Origin: Candidatus Poribacteria bacterium
Lineage (GTDB): Bacteria > Poribacteria > WGA-4E > WGA-3G
Length of the DNA stretch: 64,000 nucleotides
Direction: 5' to 3'
Assembly: GCA_022394775.1 (NCBI GenBank)
Contig: JAGFCB010000014.1
Location: 7,715-71,714 of the forward strand
Below the pieces are notes generated by a model, which saw only the letters and a list, made by a program, of their open reading frames with translations, had not been told where the DNA came from and ran no database searches. Positions 50,377-60,077 of the stretch are shown piece after piece (position 1 is the first letter of the stretch; the number at the start of each line of letters is the position of its first letter). The translations under genes were made by a program, and so were the position numbers.

Positions 50377-52179
50377 TTACTCCGATTCAAGCGATGCTCT
50401 ACGGATGTATTTCCACCCTATTGGCGAAAGTTTAATATTTTTAACCCTTCTGTCAATAACCAAAAGCTGTTGTGCGTGCGCCAACGGCACCCACGGCGCG
50501 TCTTCATGAAAAATTGCTTGTGCTTGCCGATAAAGGGCAGTACGCACATCTCGATCGGTAGAATGTGTCCCTACCCTATCTATGCCACGCAATGCCGGGT
50601 TATTCGCGAACTCCTGAATGTCTTGATCAGTGCTCGTCCTGGCACGCTCCAGAATGTGCTGCAGCTCCTCGTTTCGGTAGAACGAGATATTATATGCTGG
50701 TTTCTCTGCAGATGGTATACTCAAAAGCGTGTAGAGAAAATTATCAGGGTCTGCCACGTCGGCGATCCAACCTAACATCGCCATATCGTGCTCTCCGTTT
50801 GCTGTTTTATCGAGATAGATCCCCCAGTCGTCCGTCACAATTCTCGCTTCAACGCCAATAATTTGGAGGTCAGCTTGAATGGCTTCTGCCAGTGCCATTC
50901 CGTCAGGAATGTACGGGCGCGGCACGGGTAATGCCCAGAGGGTCGTCTCAAAACCTTCGGCATACCCCGCCTCAGCGAGGAGCCGTTTTGCGAGTTCTGG
51001 ATCGTATGCGTAGTCTTGAATCGAATCGTCATAACTCCAGAGTGTGGGCGGAAGCGGATTCTTCGCAGGGATGCCTAAGCCCTGATAAAGACGGTCAACG
51101 ATTTCGGTTTTGTTAATGGCATGGTTAATCGCGAGCCGGACTTTGAGGTTATCAAAAGGAGGCTTTTCCATGTTCATCGCCAAATAGCCGATATTTAGGC
51201 TCGGTTGTATAAGAATCTCAAACTCTGGATCGCCTTGAAGTCGTGCTATTACGTCAGGGTTCGGAAGGTCCATGACGTGGATATTACCTTGCTGAAGTTC
51301 GTCGAAACGCTCAGAATTGTTCGGAATGGATCGAAAAATAAGCCTATCTAATGCGGGGCTTCCTGCCCAATGTTGACTGTTTGCTGCAAGGGTAATTGTG
51401 TCGTCCCGAACCCAGTGAACGAACTTGAAGGGACCCGTGCCTACCGGATTATTGCCAAAATCTTCGCCAAAACTTTGAACAGCTATCGGGCTCACAATAG
51501 AAAATGCGGTGCCTGCCAATGTACTGATAAACGGCGCATACGGTGTTTTAAGTTGAATCTGCACCGTAAACGGATCAAGCGCAATAATCTGGTCGATGAA
51601 TTGTTCATGAAAAGTAGGAAATAGGGCGAGTGGACGAGTGAGTGAAAAAACGACTGCGTCGGCATCAAATGGGGTACCATCGTGGAATTGGACACCTTGC
51701 CGCAATTGAAATGTCCATATTAAGCCATCAGCGGAACGCTGCCACGTTTCAGCTAAACCGGGTTCAAGATTAGTCGTGGCTTCTCTATATTGAACCAGTG
51801 TATCATAGAGCATATCGCAAACTTTTCCCGATTCTCCATCAATCGCTTCAGCCGGATCAAGTGTAAGAGAGTCACCGCCTCGCCCGAAGATCAGTGTACC
51901 GCCTGTCCGCGTAACCGCTGCTTCACTGCCCCCCATAATGTTAGCAATGAAAACTAAATCAAGGATATTCACAGTGCCATCATCGTTGACATCAGGGTTC
52001 GTTTCACCCGTTAGATTGGTACTTTCAGCCAACCGCGAAGCTACAAGGACTAAGTCAAGGATATTCACAACACCATCGCCATTGGCATCGCCTGCGATTT
52101 TCGCCTCTTGCGCACTGCTTCCTGTTAAAAATAGAACTGATAGTCCAAGAATTATTGCAATAAAAATTAAATTTTTCAT
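50377..52179 (-). CDS. Solute-binding protein family 5 (DppA/OppA-like) with N-terminal dockerin type I repeats
   Basis: Dockerin segments DANGDGVVNILDLVLV and DVNDDGTVNILDLVFI, then SBP_bac_5-like GGTLIFGRGGDSLTLDPAEAIDGES. ATG at 52179 (MKNLIF); the ORF-track start at 52191 is a TTG. Confidence 0.7.
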   Translation of the reverse strand: MKNLIFIAIILGLSVLFLTGSSAQEAKIAGDANGDGVVNILDLVLVASRLAESTNLTGETNPDVNDDGTVNILDLVFIANIMGGSEAAVTRTGGTLIFGRGGDSLTLDPAEAIDGESGKVCDMLYDTLVQYREATTNLEPGLAETWQRSADGLIWTFQLRQGVQFHDGTPFDADAVVFSLTRPLALFPTFHEQFIDQIIALDPFTVQIQLKTPYAPFISTLAGTAFSIVSPIAVQSFGEDFGNNPVGTGPFKFVHWVRDDTITLAANSQHWAGSPALDRLIFRSIPNNSERFDELQQGNIHVMDLPNPDVIARLQGDPEFEILIQPSLNIGYLAMNMEKPPFDNLKVRLAINHAINKTEIVDRLYQGLGIPAKNPLPPTLWSYDDSIQDYAYDPELAKRLLAEAGYAEGFETTLWALPVPRPYIPDGMALAEAIQADLQIIGVEARIVTDDWGIYLDKTANGEHDMAMLGWIADVADPDNFLYTLLSIPSAEKPAYNISFYRNEELQHILERARTSTDQDIQEFANNPALRGIDRVGTHSTDRDVRTALYRQAQAIFHEDAPWVPLAHAQQLLVIDRRVKNIKLSPIGWKYIRRASLESE

Positions 52180-52180
52180 A

Positions 52181-53773
52181 TTATTCTGCAAGCCAAATTT
52201 GGCGGAAGTACCTCCATTTCAGTGGATGCAATTTGAGGTCCTTAACCTTTTTGTTGATGACTAAAATCTGTTTGGCGTGCGCCAACGGCACCCACGGCAC
52301 ATCTTTGTGGAAAATCTGCTGTGCTTCTTGATAGAGCGAGATCCGTTTGTCTCGATCTGTAGTCGATCTTGCCTGTTCTAAGACGTTTTGCATCTCATCG
52401 CTCCGATAAAATGCAATGTTACCAGCAGGTTTCTCCGCTGACGATTTACTTAAAAGAAAATAGAGGAAGTTATCTGGATCGCCGAGATCCGCACTCCATC
52501 CTAACATTGCCATATCGTGCTCGCCATTCTTCGTTTTCTCAAGGTAAGTGCCCCAATCGTAGGTCACGATTTTCGTCTCAATTCCGATGTTTCGGAACTC
52601 AGATTGCAGAACTTCCGCAAGGGCACGTCCGTCGGGGATATACGGGCGCGGCACCGGCAGTGCCCAAAGTGTCGTCTCAAAGCCATCAGGATAACCTGCC
52701 TCTGCAAGAAGCCGCTTTGACAGTTCAGGATCGTAGGCGTAAGCCTCAATGGAATCATTGTAACTCCAAAGTGTCGGTGGAATCGGGTTTTTCGCGGGGA
52801 TCCCCAAACCTTGATACAGGTGTTCAATAATCGCAGATTTGTTAATCGCGTGATTGATAGCGAGTCGGACTTTGAGATCGTCAAATGGCGGCTTGTCCAT
52901 GTTCATTGCCAAATAACCGATGCTCATCCCGGGTTGTGATAGCAATTCAAGTGATGCATCATCTCGAATCTGTTGCAGATCGTCCGGGTTCGGAAACTCC
53001 ATCGCATGGAGGCTACCTTGCTGAAGTTCAATGAGACGTACCGAGTTGTCAGGAATAGAGCGGAAGATAACCCTGTCTAACATCGGACGTCCGCCCCAAT
53101 AAGCCTCGTTCGCTTCAAGCACGATTTTATCTTTCCTGTCCCACCTCACAAATTTGAAAGGTCCTGTGCCAACTGGATTGTTGGAAAACTCGTCACCCCA
53201 TTTTTGCACTGCTGTTGGGCTGACGATTGAAAAAGGCGTTATGGCAATCGTGTAAATAAACGGCGCGTAAGCCGTCTTAAGACGAATCTGGACAGTAAAT
53301 TCATCAATAGCAGTAATTGTATCCACGATCTCTGCCAAACCGGTGGCTATCCAATAAATATAGCTGCCGCCAACGTTATGAAACGGATGCGTGTCATCGT
53401 GTTGGCGGTTAAGCGAAAAAAGAACGGCTTCGGCGTTGAAAGGAGTGCCATCATGGAAGGTTACACCTTGTCGCAAGTGAAACGTCCAGGTCAAACCATC
53501 TGCTGAACTTTCCCAACTTGTAGCGAGACCCGGTTCAATTTCAGTGCTGCCATCTTTGTATTCAATGAGTGTATCGTAGATGTTGTCGCAAACTTTGAAA
53601 GATTCTCCATCTTCTTCAAGTGCTGGATCCAATCCCACAGAGTCGCCACCACGCCCAAAAATTAGGGTGCCACCGCGTTTTTGATGAGAATCTGCAAACG
53701 CCGCTGAAGGCACTACAAAGGGTAGGACCAGAATGATGAGTAAGAAGACCTGTGCGTAAAATCTCTTTTGCAT
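52181..53773 (-). CDS. Solute-binding protein family 5, paralog without dockerin
   Basis: RGGTLIFGRGGDSVGLDPALEEDGES. Collinear similarity to the 50377 gene throughout. Confidence 0.75.
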   Translation of the reverse strand: MQKRFYAQVFLLIILVLPFVVPSAAFADSHQKRGGTLIFGRGGDSVGLDPALEEDGESFKVCDNIYDTLIEYKDGSTEIEPGLATSWESSADGLTWTFHLRQGVTFHDGTPFNAEAVLFSLNRQHDDTHPFHNVGGSYIYWIATGLAEIVDTITAIDEFTVQIRLKTAYAPFIYTIAITPFSIVSPTAVQKWGDEFSNNPVGTGPFKFVRWDRKDKIVLEANEAYWGGRPMLDRVIFRSIPDNSVRLIELQQGSLHAMEFPNPDDLQQIRDDASLELLSQPGMSIGYLAMNMDKPPFDDLKVRLAINHAINKSAIIEHLYQGLGIPAKNPIPPTLWSYNDSIEAYAYDPELSKRLLAEAGYPDGFETTLWALPVPRPYIPDGRALAEVLQSEFRNIGIETKIVTYDWGTYLEKTKNGEHDMAMLGWSADLGDPDNFLYFLLSKSSAEKPAGNIAFYRSDEMQNVLEQARSTTDRDKRISLYQEAQQIFHKDVPWVPLAHAKQILVINKKVKDLKLHPLKWRYFRQIWLAE

Positions 53774-54085
53774 AAATTTCTCCGATGTGTACTAAAAATA
53801 TATTCCATAATACAGGCTTTTCTGCGAAATGTCAAGCGGACTTTTCTGAAAACTGATAAATATCCTTCATCTTTACGGTTTCTATACGTTCCACGCGCCT
53901 ACCGTGCTACGAAGATTTGAAACCACATCCCATAAAAGTCGTTCTGTTAAAAGGCGTAGTATATTAAGTGAAACGAGCAAAATTTTGAATACCCTGAGTT
54001 CGAGGCACATAGATGTTTCAAAACATTACTGGTAAGGCATGGTGTAAATCTCCCGCTGTGAACACATCGCGTCGAAAAAATAAAT

Positions 54086-56008
54086 ATGTTATCTTTTGAA
54101 CAACTCCTCCAGAATTTAACGGATACAACGCAGCCGAACCTTGTGCGAAGCACTGCTATCGCTGGGATTGTCGCGCAATACGGTTCACAGGGCGTGAAAT
54201 TTCTGGTTGAGGCACTCAACGACGCTGACGCAGTAATACGGCGCGAGGCGGCGAAAGCACTTCAGGATTTAAATGCCACAAGTGCAATAGAACCGCTTCT
54301 CCACGCACTGCAAACGGAGTCGAATGATATAACGCTTTGGGCAATGCTTGAAGCGATCAGTGAATTGGGATCCCCCAGTGTGCTGCCTGTACTTGAATCA
54401 CTTTCTAATGTTGATTCTATGCTCACACGGATAGAAATCAAGAAAAGTATCTCCCGAATCCAGACCCGCCATGCCGATGAGGCTGCTCAGATAGACGCAT
54501 CCAACCATACACCTATAGAAAAAACAGAAGAAACCGCAACAAATGAAGCATCAATTGACAAACGACCGAACATTTCTATAGAATTAACCTCTGCAAATCC
54601 CCTCACCGATCCAACGCAAGATACTATCGATACTGCAACTGTCTCGGAAAAGCCGACTGAAACAGAAAACAAGGTCCAGACGACTGATCAATCTGGTGAA
54701 ATTATAAGTGAAACCGAGCCTACAGAAACAGAAGATGCCGTCACGAATTTGCTTACCGATCCGGATGAAAGGGTTCCAACGGACTCCGAAGATACAGTTG
54801 AACCCATAGATGATACGCAATTTGCTGAAGCGGCAGTTGAAACTATAGATGAGGGAGAAGATACGGAGACAGTCGCAGCTGATGCGGAATCACCACAACC
54901 GGAAGAAAATACGGATATAAAGGATTTATCGGAAACAATAGCACAATCGCCGCGACTTGCTGGTTCGTCTGTTAACCTGCCTATGTTGGCACCTAATGCC
55001 GCGACCGTGCCGTATCACGCAACGGAAACCTCACTTGAACCAACACATGCCAATTTCTTTCTCACACTGCTGCACCCAAGCAAACATTTCTCCAAACAAT
55101 GGGTATCCCGAACGCGCGCATATCTAATATTGTGGGCTGTGCTCATTGCTGCAGTCGTTGGTTTCACACAACATCAAAAGCACTTCAGAGCAGAGACAAC
55201 CTCACTCTTCTCTATCGGCCTTTCGGCTGGTGAACTGCCGGAACTCGTAAAACGATCCTTGGCTGAAGGGGACTTCTACATTCAAGAAGGTCTTTATAGA
55301 AAAGCTATTAGTTCTTATGAATTAAGCCGTAGGCTTGACGTGCTGCCGCTTAGTTTCTATCGGAAACTCGGATTTGCATACTTCAAGGAGGGGCAATACG
55401 CCCTTGCCGTTGAAGCGTATGAACTATTTTTAGAAGCACGGAATAACGGAACGCCTGATGTGTTTGCGGCTGAAGCCTCGCTTTCGGATGTATACCCGCT
55501 CACTTCGGTCGAAGAACAGATTGCGCGCGACTACGAAACCTATAATATCCTTGGCATGGCGTACGCAAAACTTGGACGTGTATTAGATGCCCAGCGCGCT
55601 TATAGGCAGGCAATACGTATGGCGCCAAAGTATGGGGAAGCCTACAATAACCTCGCTCGTCTCTATGCGGACAACCACCAACAGCTGTTAGCAGCAGACC
55701 TCGGGAATCCGACAATTTCTCAAAAACTGAGACTCGCTGAGGCATTGGCATATACGGCAGTTACATTGAATCCTGATGTAGCCGCATATCATGATACCTT
55801 GGGCTGGATTCTGTCAAAGCGGGGACAGGTGAATAAGGCGATCAAAACCTTAGAACGGGCTATTGATCTTCAAAAAGATGCTGTTGAACCGCACTACCAT
55901 CTCGCACAAGTCGCACTTGAAGTCAAGGATCGAAAAAAAGCGGTAAAAGCGATCCGTAACGTGTTCAAACTCCAGCCCGCCTTTGTGTCTCTCAAAACTG
56001 GTGAGTAG
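54086..56008 (+). CDS. HEAT-repeat / TPR-repeat membrane protein with an acidic low-complexity linker
   Basis: HEAT (PBS-lyase type) region IRREAAKALQDL; E/T/D-rich segment; TM helix AYLILWAVLIAAVVGF; C-terminal TPR region YNILGMAYAKLG...AYNNLARLY. Confidence 0.6.
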   Translation: MLSFEQLLQNLTDTTQPNLVRSTAIAGIVAQYGSQGVKFLVEALNDADAVIRREAAKALQDLNATSAIEPLLHALQTESNDITLWAMLEAISELGSPSVLPVLESLSNVDSMLTRIEIKKSISRIQTRHADEAAQIDASNHTPIEKTEETATNEASIDKRPNISIELTSANPLTDPTQDTIDTATVSEKPTETENKVQTTDQSGEIISETEPTETEDAVTNLLTDPDERVPTDSEDTVEPIDDTQFAEAAVETIDEGEDTETVAADAESPQPEENTDIKDLSETIAQSPRLAGSSVNLPMLAPNAATVPYHATETSLEPTHANFFLTLLHPSKHFSKQWVSRTRAYLILWAVLIAAVVGFTQHQKHFRAETTSLFSIGLSAGELPELVKRSLAEGDFYIQEGLYRKAISSYELSRRLDVLPLSFYRKLGFAYFKEGQYALAVEAYELFLEARNNGTPDVFAAEASLSDVYPLTSVEEQIARDYETYNILGMAYAKLGRVLDAQRAYRQAIRMAPKYGEAYNNLARLYADNHQQLLAADLGNPTISQKLRLAEALAYTAVTLNPDVAAYHDTLGWILSKRGQVNKAIKTLERAIDLQKDAVEPHYHLAQVALEVKDRKKAVKAIRNVFKLQPAFVSLKTGE

Positions 56009-56023
56009 CGACAACGCAGGATT

Positions 56024-59000
56024 TCAACGAATAATAGTAAGTTTCCCAACACGCCGATCCTTTTCAGACGAAAGCACATAAATATAAATACCGCTACTGA
56101 TGCCTGATACATCCCAAACTTTTTTATCCCGCTCATGTTCCGTCTTAGCGAACGACGCAATACAGTTACCACTAACATCGTAAATATAAATATTAGTCCC
56201 CACAGGCAGGTTATCAAACGTAACCTGATCGAATTCCACAGGATTCGGATAGACAATTATATCGCCTAATTCGGGGACTGGTAGTGTTACCGTCAGTATT
56301 CTTGCCTCGTCTTCAAGGTCGGCACCGTGTATGTCTGAAAGTTGTAATGCCTCAATCTGATAGCGGCTGCCCGTCCGAAAGACTGTCGAAGGAAATGTGA
56401 GAACAACTCGATGCCCCGTCTTATCAAGAATCGCTGAACGTGGGGTGTAACTCTCTATCCCGCTTGCCATATCTCGCTGCTTGTGCAAGCGGTAGCGTCC
56501 AGCGTAGGTAGCGGAAATGCCCATCGGTTTGTCAAATGCCAAGGACAGCTGATTCGGTGGTGAATACACCGCATTTCGTAGTCGGGGTCGTTGGGTTGCT
56601 ACAACAGATACAGGTATAGATCGTGCTGAAGATTTACCGCTTGAATCCTGAGACGTAAGCGCGTACCAGTAAATGCGGCCTGCTGTGAGTTCTCTATCTG
56701 TAAAGTCTGTCCCCTGAATCCCTTCTCGAATCTGTGCCACCGAATCTTCACTTTCGCCGCGATAGAGGGTATATGTTGCAACGTTCGGCACTATCTGCCA
56801 TGAAAGCTGCACGGATGTTGGTCCAACAGGTTTAGCCGTAATATTCCACGGAATACTCAGCGGACCGCTTGATTGTAAGTTCAAAGCTGTAGGTGTTCCA
56901 AAGACAGTTAAGGCATTATTGCTATTAAACAACAAAACATTCTCACCATCTCCATTAGTATCTACTACAATCGGATTGAAAGTGTTGGTCGCAGCATGAT
57001 GCCAGATGGGACGATAATCTATTCCATCATATTGCACAAGATAGAAGTTCGGTGCAAGGGCAAGGCATAATTCATTCTGTCCGTCGTTGTTCGCGTCGGC
57101 AATAGTCATACCGTTCCCACCATTTCGCACATCATGGATACGTTGTGTCCATACCGGACGGTAGGTATCATCGCCATCGGACGTAAAAACAGTTAAAAGC
57201 CAGTGGTTGTACCGAATGTCAAGTACGATAGTACCGACCTCAGTGCCTGTCATCGCGCAGACAGCAAACTCCGCTTTACCATCACCATCCATGTCCCCAG
57301 CAGCAAAGAGTTGAGGACTGCCTTCCGGCAATCTAACTGCCCATGTCTGTCTATATTGGTTATTTCCAATTGCTTCGTATACAAATACGTCCCCGTCACT
57401 ATCCCCGATTAAAATTTCCATCTGGCCATCGTTATCAAAATCACCTGTGGCAGCATTCGCGCGAATCCCGTTGCTGCCTAACGTCAGGTTTTCAAAGGTG
57501 GCGGTAGGACGGTGATTGTTATCTCCGACTGCTTCATATACCAAAATGGAATTGGTGGCATCAGCGCGAGTGAAAATCTCAGGTTTACCATCTGCATCTG
57601 CATCCACCATTGCTATACTCCAGTGCCCTTGTGATTCCCAGATGCGTTCCGTTGGAAACCCATTTTGTGTGGGTTGTTCCAGTAAAAATGTCGCCTCTGG
57701 AGAGTTACATAATATCTCTATAAGTCCATCTTTATCTGTATCCAAGATTGCTCGCGGTAGGAACGGTTCATTGAATGCAAAGATTTCTCTAAATGAACCG
57801 TCAACCGCTATCTCAATAATCTGTACCAGATTTGTACCCATTTCTGCTGTGATAAGTTCGAGTCTTCCATTTCTGTTTATATCGACTGGCGGACCAACAG
57901 CATGTCGCGCACGTGCGGTTGATGTTCCTGCCGAGAGATGTAGCGGATTTATAGGCGCGTTTTGCATCTCTATCTCATACAACGCCTTATTATTGTCATC
58001 AACCGACAACAACCCGGCGCGATTTTCCATCGACAAACGATACTTATAAGCACCAGTGGATATACCTAAATCAGACAAATTCACAATATGAAGAAAGTTC
58101 TCTGAATCTGAACGGGCAGTCCTAACGACGTTCCCGTTTGCTTGAAAAATTTCTATGCCGCCAATAGATACTTCATGCGTCTGCCACATCACCACCGATT
58201 CAACGGTATTTCCGACAAACCATGCCTGCGATTCATGCATAGAAATACGCGGTGCTGTCCGATTCACTTCAACAACGGTCCTGTCTCTTTTGCTGTTGCC
58301 GTTTTCCGATTGAACGCTCAGGCGCACTGTATATTGACCCTCAGATAAGCCAGAGGTGTCCCATTTGTACAGGCAAACATTGAATTTCGGTTTCGTTTGC
58401 ACAGTTCCCAATGGAAACCATAAATTCGGCACTTCACCAATCCCATATTCCAACCAATACTCAGTAAATCCAATCCCACCGGCACTACCGAAAATCTCAA
58501 TTTTCTCAATATCGCTGGATTCTGTAGTTTGTAGGGATATCTGATGCGTATCAATCTGTGCGATTAGCTCTGTTGAAGCGGTAAGTGCAGCGGACGCATC
58601 AAGCAAACCAGCACCAACAAGACCACTAATAAAAAGCGGTTCTGCAGTGGTAATAAGAGTTTCCTTAATCCCCGCATTAGTGTAATCCGGGTTTCCCGAC
58701 AAAACCAAAGCAGCCACCCCAGATACATGCGCAGCTGCCATAGATGTGCCAGATAAATTTTGATACCCACCGTTCAGATATGTGCTGAGGATTTCGTCAC
58801 CCGGAGCAGCTATATCAATTGTTGCTCCGAAATTGGAATCCGTGTACAGCTGCCGCTCCGCATCAATCCCTGCTACAGAGATAACAGTTTTCAGCCCGGC
58901 AGGGTACCACGATCCGACTGCGCCGTCATTTCCAGCGGCAGCAACCAGCACACACCCACGGGCGTAAGCATACGCTATAGCATCTTCTATAATGAATGCA

Positions 59001-59890
59001 TTTACCGTGTCACCCCAGCTCATGTTAATCACCTGGGCACCATTATCCGCTGCGTAAACGATAGCCGCAGCAACATCGTCGTTCTGGAGATACCCACCGC
59101 CCCCATATTTAAAATCGGCTCTCAACGGCATGAGACGACACCGCCATGCTATGCCCGCAATTCCAATGCCATTGTTTGCTGCGGCAGCGATAATGCCGGA
59201 GACGTGCGTCCCGTGTCCAATTTCGTCCTCTGGTTCGTTATCGCGCACTGTCCAATCCCCGCTACCCGGTAGGGTAGGGGCATCACTGAAATCCCAGCCA
59301 TTAATATCATCAACGTAGCCGTTTCCATCGTCGTCAATACCGTTCCTTGGAATCTCACGAGCATTTCGCCACAGTTGTGAACGAAATTCTGGATGTTGCA
59401 TATCTACACCGCCATCTACAACAGCCACAGTGACTGCTGGAGTCCCTTGCTCAATACCCCACGCTTCTGACATATTCATTAAGGCTAAATTCCATTGTTC
59501 ATCATAACTCGGATCGTTCGGAACTACTTCAGCACAAGGTCGATTGAGGCGGTTCATCTCAACCGCTTCAATCGCAGGGTGTCTTGCATACCGTTGCCGC
59601 AACGGTTCTAATGCCCATGCTGCTGGAAACTGAATCAGATAATTACGGCGGAGCAGCGCATGTTGTCCGGCAGGTGTCGTCGGTGAAAAAACAGGTGAAA
59701 CAGACACCGCACCGAGTTTTCTACTCAACCTATCAAACTGCTTGCTGGAAACGTTAGGACGTAGGCGGACAATCAGTTCACCCGGAGTGTGAGTGATTTG
59801 AGAAAAGTTGTCTGAGTTGCTCTGCGCAAAAACAAATTGGGCATTTATGAACGACACGAGAATATAGATATAGATAGATTTTTTCGTCAT
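56024..59890 (-). CDS. Secreted subtilisin-like serine peptidase (S8) with FG-GAP/VCBS repeats, Ig/Fn3-like region and T9SS C-terminal sorting domain
   Basis: Catalytic triad motifs VAVVDGGVD, HGTHVSGIIAA, GTSMAAAHVSGVAAL; signal peptide; repeats GDFDNDGQMEILIGDSDGD etc.; C-terminus IIVYPNPVEF...NIYIYDVSGNCIA...GIYIYVLS...KLTIIR matches the Por_Secre_tail pattern. Confidence 0.85.
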   Translation of the reverse strand: MTKKSIYIYILVSFINAQFVFAQSNSDNFSQITHTPGELIVRLRPNVSSKQFDRLSRKLGAVSVSPVFSPTTPAGQHALLRRNYLIQFPAAWALEPLRQRYARHPAIEAVEMNRLNRPCAEVVPNDPSYDEQWNLALMNMSEAWGIEQGTPAVTVAVVDGGVDMQHPEFRSQLWRNAREIPRNGIDDDGNGYVDDINGWDFSDAPTLPGSGDWTVRDNEPEDEIGHGTHVSGIIAAAANNGIGIAGIAWRCRLMPLRADFKYGGGGYLQNDDVAAAIVYAADNGAQVINMSWGDTVNAFIIEDAIAYAYARGCVLVAAAGNDGAVGSWYPAGLKTVISVAGIDAERQLYTDSNFGATIDIAAPGDEILSTYLNGGYQNLSGTSMAAAHVSGVAALVLSGNPDYTNAGIKETLITTAEPLFISGLVGAGLLDASAALTASTELIAQIDTHQISLQTTESSDIEKIEIFGSAGGIGFTEYWLEYGIGEVPNLWFPLGTVQTKPKFNVCLYKWDTSGLSEGQYTVRLSVQSENGNSKRDRTVVEVNRTAPRISMHESQAWFVGNTVESVVMWQTHEVSIGGIEIFQANGNVVRTARSDSENFLHIVNLSDLGISTGAYKYRLSMENRAGLLSVDDNNKALYEIEMQNAPINPLHLSAGTSTARARHAVGPPVDINRNGRLELITAEMGTNLVQIIEIAVDGSFREIFAFNEPFLPRAILDTDKDGLIEILCNSPEATFLLEQPTQNGFPTERIWESQGHWSIAMVDADADGKPEIFTRADATNSILVYEAVGDNNHRPTATFENLTLGSNGIRANAATGDFDNDGQMEILIGDSDGDVFVYEAIGNNQYRQTWAVRLPEGSPQLFAAGDMDGDGKAEFAVCAMTGTEVGTIVLDIRYNHWLLTVFTSDGDDTYRPVWTQRIHDVRNGGNGMTIADANNDGQNELCLALAPNFYLVQYDGIDYRPIWHHAATNTFNPIVVDTNGDGENVLLFNSNNALTVFGTPTALNLQSSGPLSIPWNITAKPVGPTSVQLSWQIVPNVATYTLYRGESEDSVAQIREGIQGTDFTDRELTAGRIYWYALTSQDSSGKSSARSIPVSVVATQRPRLRNAVYSPPNQLSLAFDKPMGISATYAGRYRLHKQRDMASGIESYTPRSAILDKTGHRVVLTFPSTVFRTGSRYQIEALQLSDIHGADLEDEARILTVTLPVPELGDIIVYPNPVEFDQVTFDNLPVGTNIYIYDVSGNCIASFAKTEHERDKKVWDVSGISSGIYIYVLSSEKDRRVGKLTIIR

Positions 59891-60077
59891 ATTTTTTTCT
59901 GCTTACTGGCTTGGATTGCCTCCATTTTGTTGACACCACACCAACTGTGCCTACTCACTATGTATTTAAAATTGCATTTCTAAACCTAATCTGATATATT
60001 AATTAATGGTACGGAATTCAGAGAGAAAAAGCAAATATTTTTCTTTTTTTTCATAAATAAATATAAGGAATGAACTC

